From NCBI GenBank assembly GCA_016432285.1, contig CP066682.1, positions 602,274 through 666,273 of the forward strand: a stretch of 64,000 nucleotides of DNA, written 5' to 3'. Shown in pieces: positions 18,145 to 27,162 of this stretch. Origin of the DNA: Candidatus Kaiserbacteria bacterium. GTDB taxonomy: Bacteria > Patescibacteriota > Minisyncoccia > Phycocordibacterales > UBA2100. The first letter of the stretch is position 1. The number at the start of each line of letters is the position of its first letter. The position numbers and the translations under genes were made by a program. The notes under the pieces are model-generated. The model saw only the letters and a list, made by a program, of their open reading frames with translations, was not told the DNA's origin and made no database searches.

Positions 18145-18182
18145 CACTTTATTCTATTACAGTGCTTTAGTCAAGTAAAGCT
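18145..18182. promoter_or_regulatory. Two tandem palindromic operators overlapping the promoter TTGACT-17-TAAAGT
   Basis: CACTTTA-TTCTAT-TACAGTG (18145-18164) and TGCTTTA-GTCAAG-TAAAGCT (18163-18182). Confidence 0.78.
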
Positions 18183-18235
18183 TGTGGACAAGCGGGAAGT
18201 GCGGTAGCATCGCCTTCTGTTCATTGGAGGAAAAG

Positions 18236-18406
18236 ATGATGCACGGAAACGACGACGCTCCCCCGCCCCACCGCACTACAGCGAAGGGACGACCGAGCGG
18301 CGAGAGCAAAGACGGCGCGAAATCTGCACCAGAGCAGCAACAGCAGGCCGCCGCCGCGGAGCAACGGCAGCTCGACGAGCTACGCCCGAAAAAACCACGC
18401 TTCTAG
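18236..18406 (+). CDS. Small hydrophilic hypothetical protein (56 aa)
   Basis: GGAGG SD, followed by terminator. Confidence 0.55.
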   Translation: MMHGNDDAPPPHRTTAKGRPSGESKDGAKSAPEQQQQAAAAEQRQLDELRPKKPRF

Positions 18407-18412
18407 GCGCAC

Positions 18413-18452
18413 GCAGTCCGCGAGGATGATCCTCGCGGACTGCATTATTTTT
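18413..18452 (+). terminator. Intrinsic terminator
   Basis: 15-bp inverted repeat GCAGTCCGCGAGGAT/ATCCTCGCGGACTGC plus T-rich tail. Confidence 0.8.
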
Positions 18453-18457
18453 GTCGA

Positions 18458-18838
18458 TCACTTTTCGGCGAGGATTTTGACAATGCGATCGAGCTTGTCG
18501 TTTTCGATGCGGACGAGGCGCTGCTGCAAATCCTCGATCTCAACCTTCGCGGCGAGATTGGTCTCGTAGTCGGCCTTGGCCTGGCGCCGATCGCGTTCGG
18601 CCTGCCTGTTCTGGCTCATCATGATAAAGGTCGAAAGCAGGATCGCTTCGAGCGAGACCACGGCCGTAAGGAGGCCAAACGGGAAGGGCTCGACGGGAAG
18701 CAACAGCCACACGCCGAACCACACGATGTGGAGGTAGATAAAAGGCCACGAGCCGACGAAGTTGGTGATCCGATCCGCGATCCGCTCCCCCGCGCTACGC
18801 TCCTCGACGTACCAATCGTGCCACGATTTTCCGTTCAT
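18458..18838 (-). CDS. DUF1003 membrane protein
   Basis: FVGSWPF, PFPFGLL, VSLEAILLSTFIMMSQNRQ. Confidence 0.9.
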   Translation of the reverse strand: MNGKSWHDWYVEERSAGERIADRITNFVGSWPFIYLHIVWFGVWLLLPVEPFPFGLLTAVVSLEAILLSTFIMMSQNRQAERDRRQAKADYETNLAAKVEIEDLQQRLVRIENDKLDRIVKILAEK

Positions 18839-18845
18839 ATCCTCA

Positions 18846-19613
18846 TCAAACGCCCTTGGTGAGTTTCAAGAGCTCCTTATGCAGCGACGGATTTGCGGCC
18901 ACAATTTCCAGCGCCTGCGGTTTCCACGTCCTGCCTTTCGTATCGGTTACCTTACAGCCGGCTTCCGAGAGAATGAGCCCGACCGGCGCGAAATCGTGGA
19001 GCGCACCCGTAAGCGCGATCATCCAGTCGCGCCTGCCGCATGCGGCATAACACGCATTCATCGCCATACTGGCCATCGAGGCGAACTGAATATCCTCCTT
19101 CTTCGCCGCTTTGATAAGTGCCAGGAGGAGTTTTGCGGTGCGTGTCCTGATGCTAGAGGACCCGGTACCAAAACTGTTGTGGACTCTCCTGCGTCGCGAA
19201 CAATGGATGCGTTTTCCATTGAGAAATGCTCCCCATCCTTTTTTTGCAAAAAACAGCTCTTTTGAAGCAGGCAGGTCGATAGCCGAAAGTACCACTTCTC
19301 CCTTTCGCATAAGACATACCATGACGCCGAATTGGGGAGCACCATTGGCAAAATTGAAGGTGCCGTCGATCGGGTCAATCACCCATACATACTCGGCTTC
19401 GCTCTGGTAGCGACCGCTCTCTTCTGAAATGATGCCGTGCGTCGGATAGTTCTTCTTGATCGCCTTTACGATCATCGAGTCCGCCAAAAGGTCTGCTTCC
19501 GTGACGCAATCCCACAACGCCTCCGATTTCATGTACTTCACTCCCACTTTACCGAATTTCTTCATGACGGCAGTACCTGCCGCGCGAGTTATGGTGCGGA
19601 TGAAGCGATCCAT
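18846..19613 (-). CDS. Inositol monophosphatase family protein (SuhB/HisN-like)
   Basis: VTEAD, SEES, WVIDPIDGTFNF, HDFA. Confidence 0.9.
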   Translation of the reverse strand: MDRFIRTITRAAGTAVMKKFGKVGVKYMKSEALWDCVTEADLLADSMIVKAIKKNYPTHGIISEESGRYQSEAEYVWVIDPIDGTFNFANGAPQFGVMVCLMRKGEVVLSAIDLPASKELFFAKKGWGAFLNGKRIHCSRRRRVHNSFGTGSSSIRTRTAKLLLALIKAAKKEDIQFASMASMAMNACYAACGRRDWMIALTGALHDFAPVGLILSEAGCKVTDTKGRTWKPQALEIVAANPSLHKELLKLTKGV

Positions 19614-19622
19614 TGCTGGACC

Positions 19623-20009
19623 TTATCCCCTATTCCACTTCCTGTCGAGCGAAAATTGATCCGCGCCAAACAGTGCGATGGAGATCGTCGCGATGGCGAG
19701 CGTGAAATCGCGCACGCCCACATCGTTGTAGCCGACCTCGTACGCGATAAAGAGAAGATGCAGCGAAAGCAGCACCGCCACAACTCGTGTAAAGAGTCCG
19801 AGCGCCAAAAGGGCCCCGAACACGACTTCGAAGCTCCCGTTCAAAAACACGATCGTCTCGGCAGAAAGGCCCGTCAAATCCGTGGGCCACTGCGGCACCC
19901 AGGCGCTCCACGCAGCCGGATCGAGCACCTGCGAGATCCCGAACCACAAAAAGAGCGCGACGAGGCCGAACCGAAGAAGCGGAAGTGCGAATCGAGAAAG
20001 ATCGCTCAT
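19623..20009 (-). CDS. DoxX-family membrane protein
   Basis: LLRFGL..FLWFG, GLFTR, VGVRD, SLD. Confidence 0.85.
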   Translation of the reverse strand: MSDLSRFALPLLRFGLVALFLWFGISQVLDPAAWSAWVPQWPTDLTGLSAETIVFLNGSFEVVFGALLALGLFTRVVAVLLSLHLLFIAYEVGYNDVGVRDFTLAIATISIALFGADQFSLDRKWNRG

Positions 20010-20022
20010 ACGAAAAAGGGTA

Positions 20023-21291
20023 TCACGTGCTCGAGCCGAGACGCTGAAGCGCCACTATGTAGGCGGCTTCACGGAGCGACACCTTGTACTGCATGGCCGC
20101 GCCTTGCGTGGCCTCGGCGGCAAGCTCCATTTTCTCGCGCAGCTTTTCGAAGACATCCATTTTCGACCATCGCTCGTTGTGCTGATTTTGGTACCACTCG
20201 AAATATGAGACGGCTACGCCGCCCGCGTTGGCGAGAATGTCCGGTATGACGGTAATCCCCTTCTTCTTCAAAATCTGATCGGCCTCCATGGTCGTCGGGC
20301 CATTGGCGAGCTCCAGTACGATCGACGCTTGGATCTTTCTGGCGTTCTTATCGGTGATGGCGTTTTCAAGCGCGGCGGGCACGATCACGTCGACCGGGAG
20401 CGTGAGCACTTCCTCGGGAGAGAGATCGCGGCCGCCCATCGCCTCCATGTTGGAAAGATCGCAGACGGAGCCGACGCAGTAGCAGCCCGCGATCCGGCCG
20501 CTGCGCTCCTTGCACTCTTCGACCGCCTTCAGGTCGGTAATCCCGCGCGGCACGTACATGCCGCCCTTCGAGTCGGAGAGCGCGACGATGACAAATCCGA
20601 GCTCCTGAAGATAGCGCGCGAGATAGCTTCCGACGTTCCCGTAGCCTTGGATGGCGACTGTCATGCCGCGCGGATTGCGCTCAAGGAGCCGCAGAAATGC
20701 GGCGAGCACGTAGCTGCCTCCGAGGCCCGTCGCTTCGGGCCGCCCTTCGGAGCCGCCCGCGTCGAGTGGCTTTCCCGTTACCACGGCCGCAGCCTCGTGC
20801 CCCGTAACCGCCTCGTACTCCTCGCGAATCCACTGCATCACCTTCGCGCTGGTGTTCACGTCCGGCGCCGGAACGTCGAGCGCGGGGCCGATCGCGGGTG
20901 CGAGCTTTCGCGTAAACTCTCTCGTGAGCCGCTCGAGCTCCCCCGCCGAGAGTTTTTTCGGATCGACAGTGATGCCGCCCTTGCCGCCACCAAAGGGGAC
21001 GTCCACGAGGGCGTTTTTCATCGTCATCCAAAAAGCGAGCGCCTCCACTTCGCTCATGTCGACTTTGGGGTGGTACCGCAAGCCCCCTTTGTATGGGCCG
21101 CGAATGTTGTTGTGCTGTACGCGAAACCCATCAAAGACGCGTATGCTGCCGTCGTCCATGCGAAGCGGCATCGACACCTCAATCACGCGGTCGGGATGTT
21201 CGAGCCGCGCGAGCATCAGGGGGTCGAGCTCGAGATGGGAAGCGGCGGCGTGCAGTTGCGCGAGCGCCCGCTTCCACGGATTGTTGTCCAT
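20023..21291 (-). CDS. gdhA: Glu/Leu/Phe/Val dehydrogenase (glutamate dehydrogenase-like)
   Basis: GPYKGGLRYHP, PFGGGKGG, DVPAPDVNT, QGYGNVG, ELANGP, PDILANAGGV. Confidence 0.95.
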   Translation of the reverse strand: MDNNPWKRALAQLHAAASHLELDPLMLARLEHPDRVIEVSMPLRMDDGSIRVFDGFRVQHNNIRGPYKGGLRYHPKVDMSEVEALAFWMTMKNALVDVPFGGGKGGITVDPKKLSAGELERLTREFTRKLAPAIGPALDVPAPDVNTSAKVMQWIREEYEAVTGHEAAAVVTGKPLDAGGSEGRPEATGLGGSYVLAAFLRLLERNPRGMTVAIQGYGNVGSYLARYLQELGFVIVALSDSKGGMYVPRGITDLKAVEECKERSGRIAGCYCVGSVCDLSNMEAMGGRDLSPEEVLTLPVDVIVPAALENAITDKNARKIQASIVLELANGPTTMEADQILKKKGITVIPDILANAGGVAVSYFEWYQNQHNERWSKMDVFEKLREKMELAAEATQGAAMQYKVSLREAAYIVALQRLGSST

Positions 21292-21329
21292 GGGCAACAT
21301 TCTAACAGACCGCGCCCGCGCGCTGTGAA

Positions 21330-21995
21330 CTACAGGGAAAGATCGGCGATTTTCTCGCCCTCATCAAACGTAACGACGCGCAGGCCTTCTGCACGCACAG
21401 AGGCGAGCACCCGCTTCAAAAGATCGAGGGAAACATTCTTCCCATCGTGAGTGCTTGATTCGTCCACCCGATAGATCTGGATCACGATCCACTCCTTCGA
21501 CTCCACGGCCGCGTCGATAGAGCTCTTCACTTCCTCCCAGGGAATTTCAGAAGAGAGCTTGATCGTCCGGAGCACCATCCCGTCGGTGGATGAGACCTCG
21601 TGACCGCGCTTTTGCACCGATGCGAGCTGCGCTTCGTTGATGTATCCGAGATAACCGATGTACTCGGGAATGACGGTATAGCTCGCCTTTAATCGCGCAT
21701 CATCAAAAAGCGGGAGGGCTTTGAGGTAAGCCGATTGAAAACCCTCGCGAATATCGAAAGTAATCATCGCGGCGGGCAGATCGAGCGAACCGGTGGGGGC
21801 GGAAGAAGCGCCGGTATTCGGTATGTCGGGTACGCCCACAAAACTGTTGTTGCCGCCGGCGACCGACAGGCGCTTCGCTGCCGCCGGTGCGATCACCGAG
21901 GAGAAAACGATCGCGCCCGAAAGCGCGAGCAAAAGCCACGCCCCGATGAGCGCGTGGCGCTGATCGATTCTTGGCAGCCGCTGTACGAGTTGCAT
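21330..21995 (-). CDS. Membrane-anchored degenerate polysaccharide deacetylase-like protein
   Basis: N-terminal TM; ITFD, GHEV and WIVIQIY remnants, but canonical TFDDG and HxxxH are absent. Confidence 0.6.
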   Translation of the reverse strand: MQLVQRLPRIDQRHALIGAWLLLALSGAIVFSSVIAPAAAKRLSVAGGNNSFVGVPDIPNTGASSAPTGSLDLPAAMITFDIREGFQSAYLKALPLFDDARLKASYTVIPEYIGYLGYINEAQLASVQKRGHEVSSTDGMVLRTIKLSSEIPWEEVKSSIDAAVESKEWIVIQIYRVDESSTHDGKNVSLDLLKRVLASVRAEGLRVVTFDEGEKIADLSL

Positions 21996-22067
21996 ACCGG
22001 TAAGACGCGCGCGTAAGGCGCCGCTTACCGTTTGTACCAGCAAAGAAGTGAACGCGGGATGAAATGC

Positions 22068-23618
22068 TTACCGCATCTCATCTGCTTTCTCACGCAGATA
22101 CGCCAAAAATTGGTTGGAGAAGTTGAGGAGGCGCTTGAAGGGCGTCTCGATGATGAAATCCATGATGAGCACGAAGACATTGATCGAGGAGAATGTCTGC
22201 GAGAGCCACCTGCCTGCCCGCACGATCGGCACGGCGAGCACTCCCGCCAAGACGGCGAGGGCGCCCTGGTCGTGCACCACCTTCCAGCGGCGTGCCTGGT
22301 ACCGGATGCGAAAGGCAAAGTACGAAACGAGCGCGAGGAAGAAGAGGAAGAGGATGATCGAAACCGGGTTGAACTTGAGAAGCTGCAAGGCGCCGATGAG
22401 TCCGCCGAAGACGATAAAAAAGAGGAGCACGTATGCAAAGCCGAACGCGAGCGAAAGGCGCGTGTACCCACCGCCTACGCGGCGCGACCTGACGGCCCCT
22501 TCGTAGATCACGCGGTGAATCCCCTCGATGATCGCCTCCGTATTTTTTTCATCGAGTGCGCCGACGCGCCGCGTGAGTCCGAAAAGCAGGAGGGGGTGGA
22601 AGAGCACATTGACCGCGAGCGGAAAGTAGTGGACGCCGCCGAGCACAAAGAGCTCGTATGGCAGCTCGACGATGAGCGCAACCGTCATTTTCGTGATGAA
22701 AAGATACACGACCGCCCGCACGCCGCTTTGGCGGATGCGGTCGTTCTCTTTTTCGTATTTCTTTTCGAGAAAGCCGCGCGCGAAAGCGTCGAGATCCCGG
22801 GCACTCTCGAGTACGCGCCCTGCACTCTGAGGCGTCTCAAGGATGGCTTCACGGATGATGCGGAAATAGATGCTCTCGTTCTTGATCTTCGGCGCGAGCT
22901 GCCACTGGAGAGAGTCTTCGATCACGCTTTTGATCTTCGCGATGATCGCGGGGAGCTTGCCGGCCACTTCTTCGAGCCGCGCGTTGCCGTGCTTCCACTC
23001 GGGCACGTACAGAAGCCAGAGCGCGTACGCGAGGCGATCGTTGTCGGCCGAGAGGAGCGAGCGCCACGCAGCGCAGTAGAGCTGCGAGTTGGTGTGCTCT
23101 TCGCTAAAGCCGTACGCCGATACATGGCCATGCATCGTGCGATAAAAGGCCTCGGCTGTTTCGTGGTCGATCGCGTACTGGAGAGGGCTGATGCGGGAGT
23201 CGATCTCGGTGGCGGCAAACGAGACGAGCCGTCTCGCCACCTGCCCATTCTGGTGGCCGCTCTGGCGCAGCAGCTCAAGGAACTTCGTGATGATGGCGTC
23301 GATCTCCTTTCCGAGCGCCTCGGAGGTCTCCTCTTTTTGTATGTACTTGCCGTCGACCAGTTCCTGCAACAGTATTTCGCCGCTTTCTCGTTTGCCCTCA
23401 ATGAAGACCCGGCGCTTCAGGATGCGCTCGAGCGCGGCCCGGCGGATCGTGTGCTCCTCGCGGTAATCGATGAGGTAGCGCACCTTCTCGTAGAAAGAGG
23501 CCGCCTTCGAAATGATCTTGTTCATTTCGAAAATCCCCTCACTCTGGGGCCGCACGCGCTCCGCCTCTTCCGCCGCCTGTACTCGCTCCACGAGCTCCCG
23601 AATGGGCTCTGATAGCAT
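22068..23618 (-). CDS. Hypothetical membrane protein (516 aa)
   Basis: Long ORF with YEKVRYLIDYREEH and C-terminal TM helices; TACAAT-7-ATG. Confidence 0.8.
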   Translation of the reverse strand: MLSEPIRELVERVQAAEEAERVRPQSEGIFEMNKIISKAASFYEKVRYLIDYREEHTIRRAALERILKRRVFIEGKRESGEILLQELVDGKYIQKEETSEALGKEIDAIITKFLELLRQSGHQNGQVARRLVSFAATEIDSRISPLQYAIDHETAEAFYRTMHGHVSAYGFSEEHTNSQLYCAAWRSLLSADNDRLAYALWLLYVPEWKHGNARLEEVAGKLPAIIAKIKSVIEDSLQWQLAPKIKNESIYFRIIREAILETPQSAGRVLESARDLDAFARGFLEKKYEKENDRIRQSGVRAVVYLFITKMTVALIVELPYELFVLGGVHYFPLAVNVLFHPLLLFGLTRRVGALDEKNTEAIIEGIHRVIYEGAVRSRRVGGGYTRLSLAFGFAYVLLFFIVFGGLIGALQLLKFNPVSIILFLFFLALVSYFAFRIRYQARRWKVVHDQGALAVLAGVLAVPIVRAGRWLSQTFSSINVFVLIMDFIIETPFKRLLNFSNQFLAYLREKADEMR

Positions 23619-23633
23619 AGGCGGTATTGTAGC

Positions 23634-24545
23634 CTATTTTTTTACCGAGTGCCCTCCGAACTGCTCCCGGAGTGCGGAGAGAATTTTGCCTACAAACGAA
23701 GGCTTTTTTGCGGATTGTACTCGGAAGGCGAACGACTCTTCGATGACTTTCGCCTCGATCCCCATTTCCTTGGCAGTCTTCGCCGTCCACTCGCCCTCCC
23801 CGGTATGTCCCACCGATCCCGACACCTCGGCAAGATCTTGTCCGTGCTGCGCGAAGCCACTTTTGAGCCAGCCCATGAGGCGCGACTCGATCACGCTCCC
23901 GTGATTGTAGATGTCGGCAACCTCTGCAAGCTTGAGCCGGTAGTCCGACTTTTCAAGAATGCCAAAGCCCTCGGCGATCGATTGCATCATGCCGTATTCG
24001 ATTCCGTTGTGGACCATTTTCACGAAATGCCCTGCGCCGGCGCCGGGGAAAAATTTGTAGCCGCCGGGGAGCGAAAGGTCGCTGAAAAGGGGCTCCAGCG
24101 TACGGAACGTGTCTTCATCACCGCCGATCATAAGGCACGCGCCGTTGCGGGCGCCCGCGGGGCCTCCGGAAAAGCCGACATCGATATACTTGAGCCCGAG
24201 CTTCTCGATTTTTTTTGCGCGCGCGATCGAGTCTTTGTAAAAGGAGTTGCCGCCATCAATGATCACGTCGCCCTTCGAGAGCTTTTTTGCGATACCGTCC
24301 TCGCCAAAAAGGAGCGTCTCCACCGGCTCCCCCGCGGGCACCATGAGCCACAAAAGACGCGGAAACTCGAGTGATCCGATGAGCTCCTCTGATGATGCTG
24401 CGCCGTGGATCCCCTCCCGTTCGAGCTCCTGCACGGCGGATACAGATGAGTCGTATCCATGCACCGTCCATCCCTTCTCCCGGAGGCGCCGCGCCATGTT
24501 GCTCCCCATTTTCCCGAGACCGATGATGCCGATTTCTTTGCTCAT
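23634..24545 (-). CDS. gnd: 6-phosphogluconate dehydrogenase (short type)
   Basis: GLGKMG, DGGNS, SGGP, GHFVKMVHNGIEYG, LREQFGGH. Confidence 0.95.
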   Translation of the reverse strand: MSKEIGIIGLGKMGSNMARRLREKGWTVHGYDSSVSAVQELEREGIHGAASSEELIGSLEFPRLLWLMVPAGEPVETLLFGEDGIAKKLSKGDVIIDGGNSFYKDSIARAKKIEKLGLKYIDVGFSGGPAGARNGACLMIGGDEDTFRTLEPLFSDLSLPGGYKFFPGAGAGHFVKMVHNGIEYGMMQSIAEGFGILEKSDYRLKLAEVADIYNHGSVIESRLMGWLKSGFAQHGQDLAEVSGSVGHTGEGEWTAKTAKEMGIEAKVIEESFAFRVQSAKKPSFVGKILSALREQFGGHSVKK

Positions 24546-25972
24546 ACACGTGCGATTTCTGTTATCTCTTTTGAATCCGGCGCGTACGTCGCAAGCGTCG
24601 GAGTGCCCTTCGCCCAGGCTTCGAGTATCGGATCGGTGAAGCGCCACATCGCCCTGATCTCCTCGGTGGAGATAAAGAGCGATTGGTCGCCCCGCACGCA
24701 GTCCAGGAGCAGCTTCGCGTACTCCTCCACGTACGGCACATGCTCGGAGACCGGCCGGTGCAGGTAGCGGAACATCCGCTGCTCTGTCGCGAAAGAAAAG
24801 CCAGGCCGTTTGACCCAAAACTCGACGAGAATTTCTTCCTGCGGCTCCATGCGGATGACGATTTCGTTTTTGTGATGCGGCTGCCCGGGCGGGCACAGGC
24901 ACGGCGTCGGATGCTTGAAGGTTACCACAACCTCCTTTTGCGACGCCCCGAGGCGCTTGCCGCTTTCGAGAAAGATCGGCACATCGCGCCACTTCGCGTG
25001 GTCGAGGTACGCGCGCACCTTGAAGTACGTCTCCGTGCTGGAGCCTGGCGTCACGCCGGGTATCTCACGGTAGCCATCGTATTGCGCACGAAAGGTGTGT
25101 GCCTCAATCTCTTCCGGTTTCAGTACTTTCAGGGCATGCAGAATATCCGCACGCTTCCTTTGGATCTCACCCGCATCGAAGCTCTCCGGCACATCCATGG
25201 CGATGAGCGCGAGCATCTGGAGAAGATGGTTTTGCCCGACGTCGCGGAACGCGCCCACGCCATCGTAGAAGGAGCCGCGCTTTTCCACGCCGATTTTTTC
25301 CAAAAGCCGGATCGTGATCGATTCGATCAGGCGCCCGCCCCACTGAAGCTCGAAGAGATTGTTGGAAAAACGGAAGGTGAGAATGTTTTGGAGCATTTCT
25401 TTGGCGAGGTAGTGGTCGATGCGGTAGATCTGGTCTTCTTCGAAAAGCTGACCGAGCAGCTTGTCGATGGCCTTTGCGGTATTCGAATCCATGCCAAAGG
25501 GCTTCTCGACGATCACGTGCGTCCAGCCTTCCCCCGGCGCACACGGCTCCGTAAGGCCGTGCTTTGAAATATCGCGCAGTATCCCTTCGTAGAATTCGGG
25601 TGCCACCGAAAAGTAGAAGAGCTTGTTGGAGCAGACGCCCCATTCCCTGTCGCATGCGTCGAACGCGGCCTTTAGCTCCTCGTAGCTCCGGGGCTCCTCG
25701 AAGTAGCCGCGCTGGAAACGAAAGACCTCTAAAAATGGTTCGAGTCCCGCGACGGGACCCTTTTGATGCTCTTCGATCACCTCTTTGATAAACCCCTGGA
25801 ACTGCTCATCGCTCCACTCCCTTCGCGAAAAGCCGATGACGCGGAAGCGGCTCGGCAGCTCGCCCTTCGTATACAAGTGAAAAATCGCGGGAATCACCTT
25901 GCGGCGCATCAAATCCCCCGTGGCGCCAAAGGCCGCAAAGACGGTCGGGATATTCTGCTGCGGCGCAACCAT
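24542..25972 (-). CDS. zwf: Glucose-6-phosphate 1-dehydrogenase
   Basis: GATGDL, EKPFG, RIDHYLAKE, RDVGQNHLLQ. Confidence 0.96.
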   Translation of the reverse strand: MVAPQQNIPTVFAAFGATGDLMRRKVIPAIFHLYTKGELPSRFRVIGFSRREWSDEQFQGFIKEVIEEHQKGPVAGLEPFLEVFRFQRGYFEEPRSYEELKAAFDACDREWGVCSNKLFYFSVAPEFYEGILRDISKHGLTEPCAPGEGWTHVIVEKPFGMDSNTAKAIDKLLGQLFEEDQIYRIDHYLAKEMLQNILTFRFSNNLFELQWGGRLIESITIRLLEKIGVEKRGSFYDGVGAFRDVGQNHLLQMLALIAMDVPESFDAGEIQRKRADILHALKVLKPEEIEAHTFRAQYDGYREIPGVTPGSSTETYFKVRAYLDHAKWRDVPIFLESGKRLGASQKEVVVTFKHPTPCLCPPGQPHHKNEIVIRMEPQEEILVEFWVKRPGFSFATEQRMFRYLHRPVSEHVPYVEEYAKLLLDCVRGDQSLFISTEEIRAMWRFTDPILEAWAKGTPTLATYAPDSKEITEIARV

Positions 25973-26019
25973 AGCGCCGTCATTATATACTCCCGGCGCG
26001 CTGCGGCACGGGGACAACT

Positions 26020-27111
26020 CTAGTGCGCGATGTAGCCTTTTTTGTACGCGAGCTCCGCGGCGAGAATGCCGCCTCCGGCAGCGCCGCGCACGGTGTTGTG
26101 CGAGAGCGACGCGAATTTGAAGTCGAAGACCGAATCCTCCCGGAGCCGCCCCACGCTCACCGCCATCGCCTTGTCCGCATCGCGGTCCTTCCGCGGCTGC
26201 GGCCGATTCGGCTCGTCGCGGTAGATGATCGGCTGCTTCGGGGCGAACGGCAGATCGAGCGTCTGCGGATCCGCGCGAAATGTCTGCCAGATGGAAAGTA
26301 TCTCTTCTCGCGACGGCTTCTTCTTTCCGAATGCCACGTTGACGCACGCGAGGTGGCCGTCGGTGACCGGCACGCGGTTGCAGTGCGCGGAAATTGCGAG
26401 CCCCCGGTGGGGTACGAATGTGCCGCCTTTCGCTTCTCCCAAAATCTTCAGCGGCTCGTTCTCGGTTTTCTCTTCTTCTCCATCGATGTAGGGCACCACG
26501 TTGTCTACCACGTCGAGCGAGGCGACGCCGGGATAGCCCGCGCCCGAGATTGCCTGGAGCGTCGTAATGATGAGTTTCTCCACCTCATACCCTTCTTTCA
26601 TCAGCGCAAAAATCGGCGTGAGGTAGCTCTGGAGCGAGCAGTTGGGCTTCACGACGATGAATCCCTTTTTCCAACCATTTTGCTTTTGCTGCTCCGGAAT
26701 GATGTCGAGATGGTGCGGGTTGATTTCGGCGATGATCATCGGCACGTTGTCGGTGCCGCGGTGCGCCGAGGCGTTGGAAAAGACCGGCATGTCGGCGGCA
26801 GCGTACTCGTTTTCGTATTGCCGTATCAAATCTTTCTCCGGCATCTCGAATGCGGAAAAGACAAACGCGCACTTTTTGGCGGCTGCCGCCACATCGCTCA
26901 CGTCTCCGACGACAAGCTCCCCGACTCGGGCAGGCAATTCTCCTCCGACAAGCCAGCCATTCTTGAGTGCCTCTTTGTACTGCTTGCCAGCCGATTGCGG
27001 CGAGGCGGCCACGTACGCCACCTCAAACCACGGGTGATTCTCCAAAAGGCGGATGTACTGCTGCCCCACCATGCCAGTGGCGCCGAGGACTCCGACGGCA
27101 ATTTTCTGCAT
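26020..27111 (-). CDS. asd: Aspartate-semialdehyde dehydrogenase (archaeal/fungal-like type)
   Basis: GATGMVGQ, PNCS, QAISGAG, CNRVPV, HNTVRGAAG. Confidence 0.95.
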   Translation of the reverse strand: MQKIAVGVLGATGMVGQQYIRLLENHPWFEVAYVAASPQSAGKQYKEALKNGWLVGGELPARVGELVVGDVSDVAAAAKKCAFVFSAFEMPEKDLIRQYENEYAAADMPVFSNASAHRGTDNVPMIIAEINPHHLDIIPEQQKQNGWKKGFIVVKPNCSLQSYLTPIFALMKEGYEVEKLIITTLQAISGAGYPGVASLDVVDNVVPYIDGEEEKTENEPLKILGEAKGGTFVPHRGLAISAHCNRVPVTDGHLACVNVAFGKKKPSREEILSIWQTFRADPQTLDLPFAPKQPIIYRDEPNRPQPRKDRDADKAMAVSVGRLREDSVFDFKFASLSHNTVRGAAGGGILAAELAYKKGYIAH

Positions 27112-27162
27112 GTCTTCTTTATACAGTATTTTTTCTCCCAAGCGAGGGAGGCGGCGCTCGCG

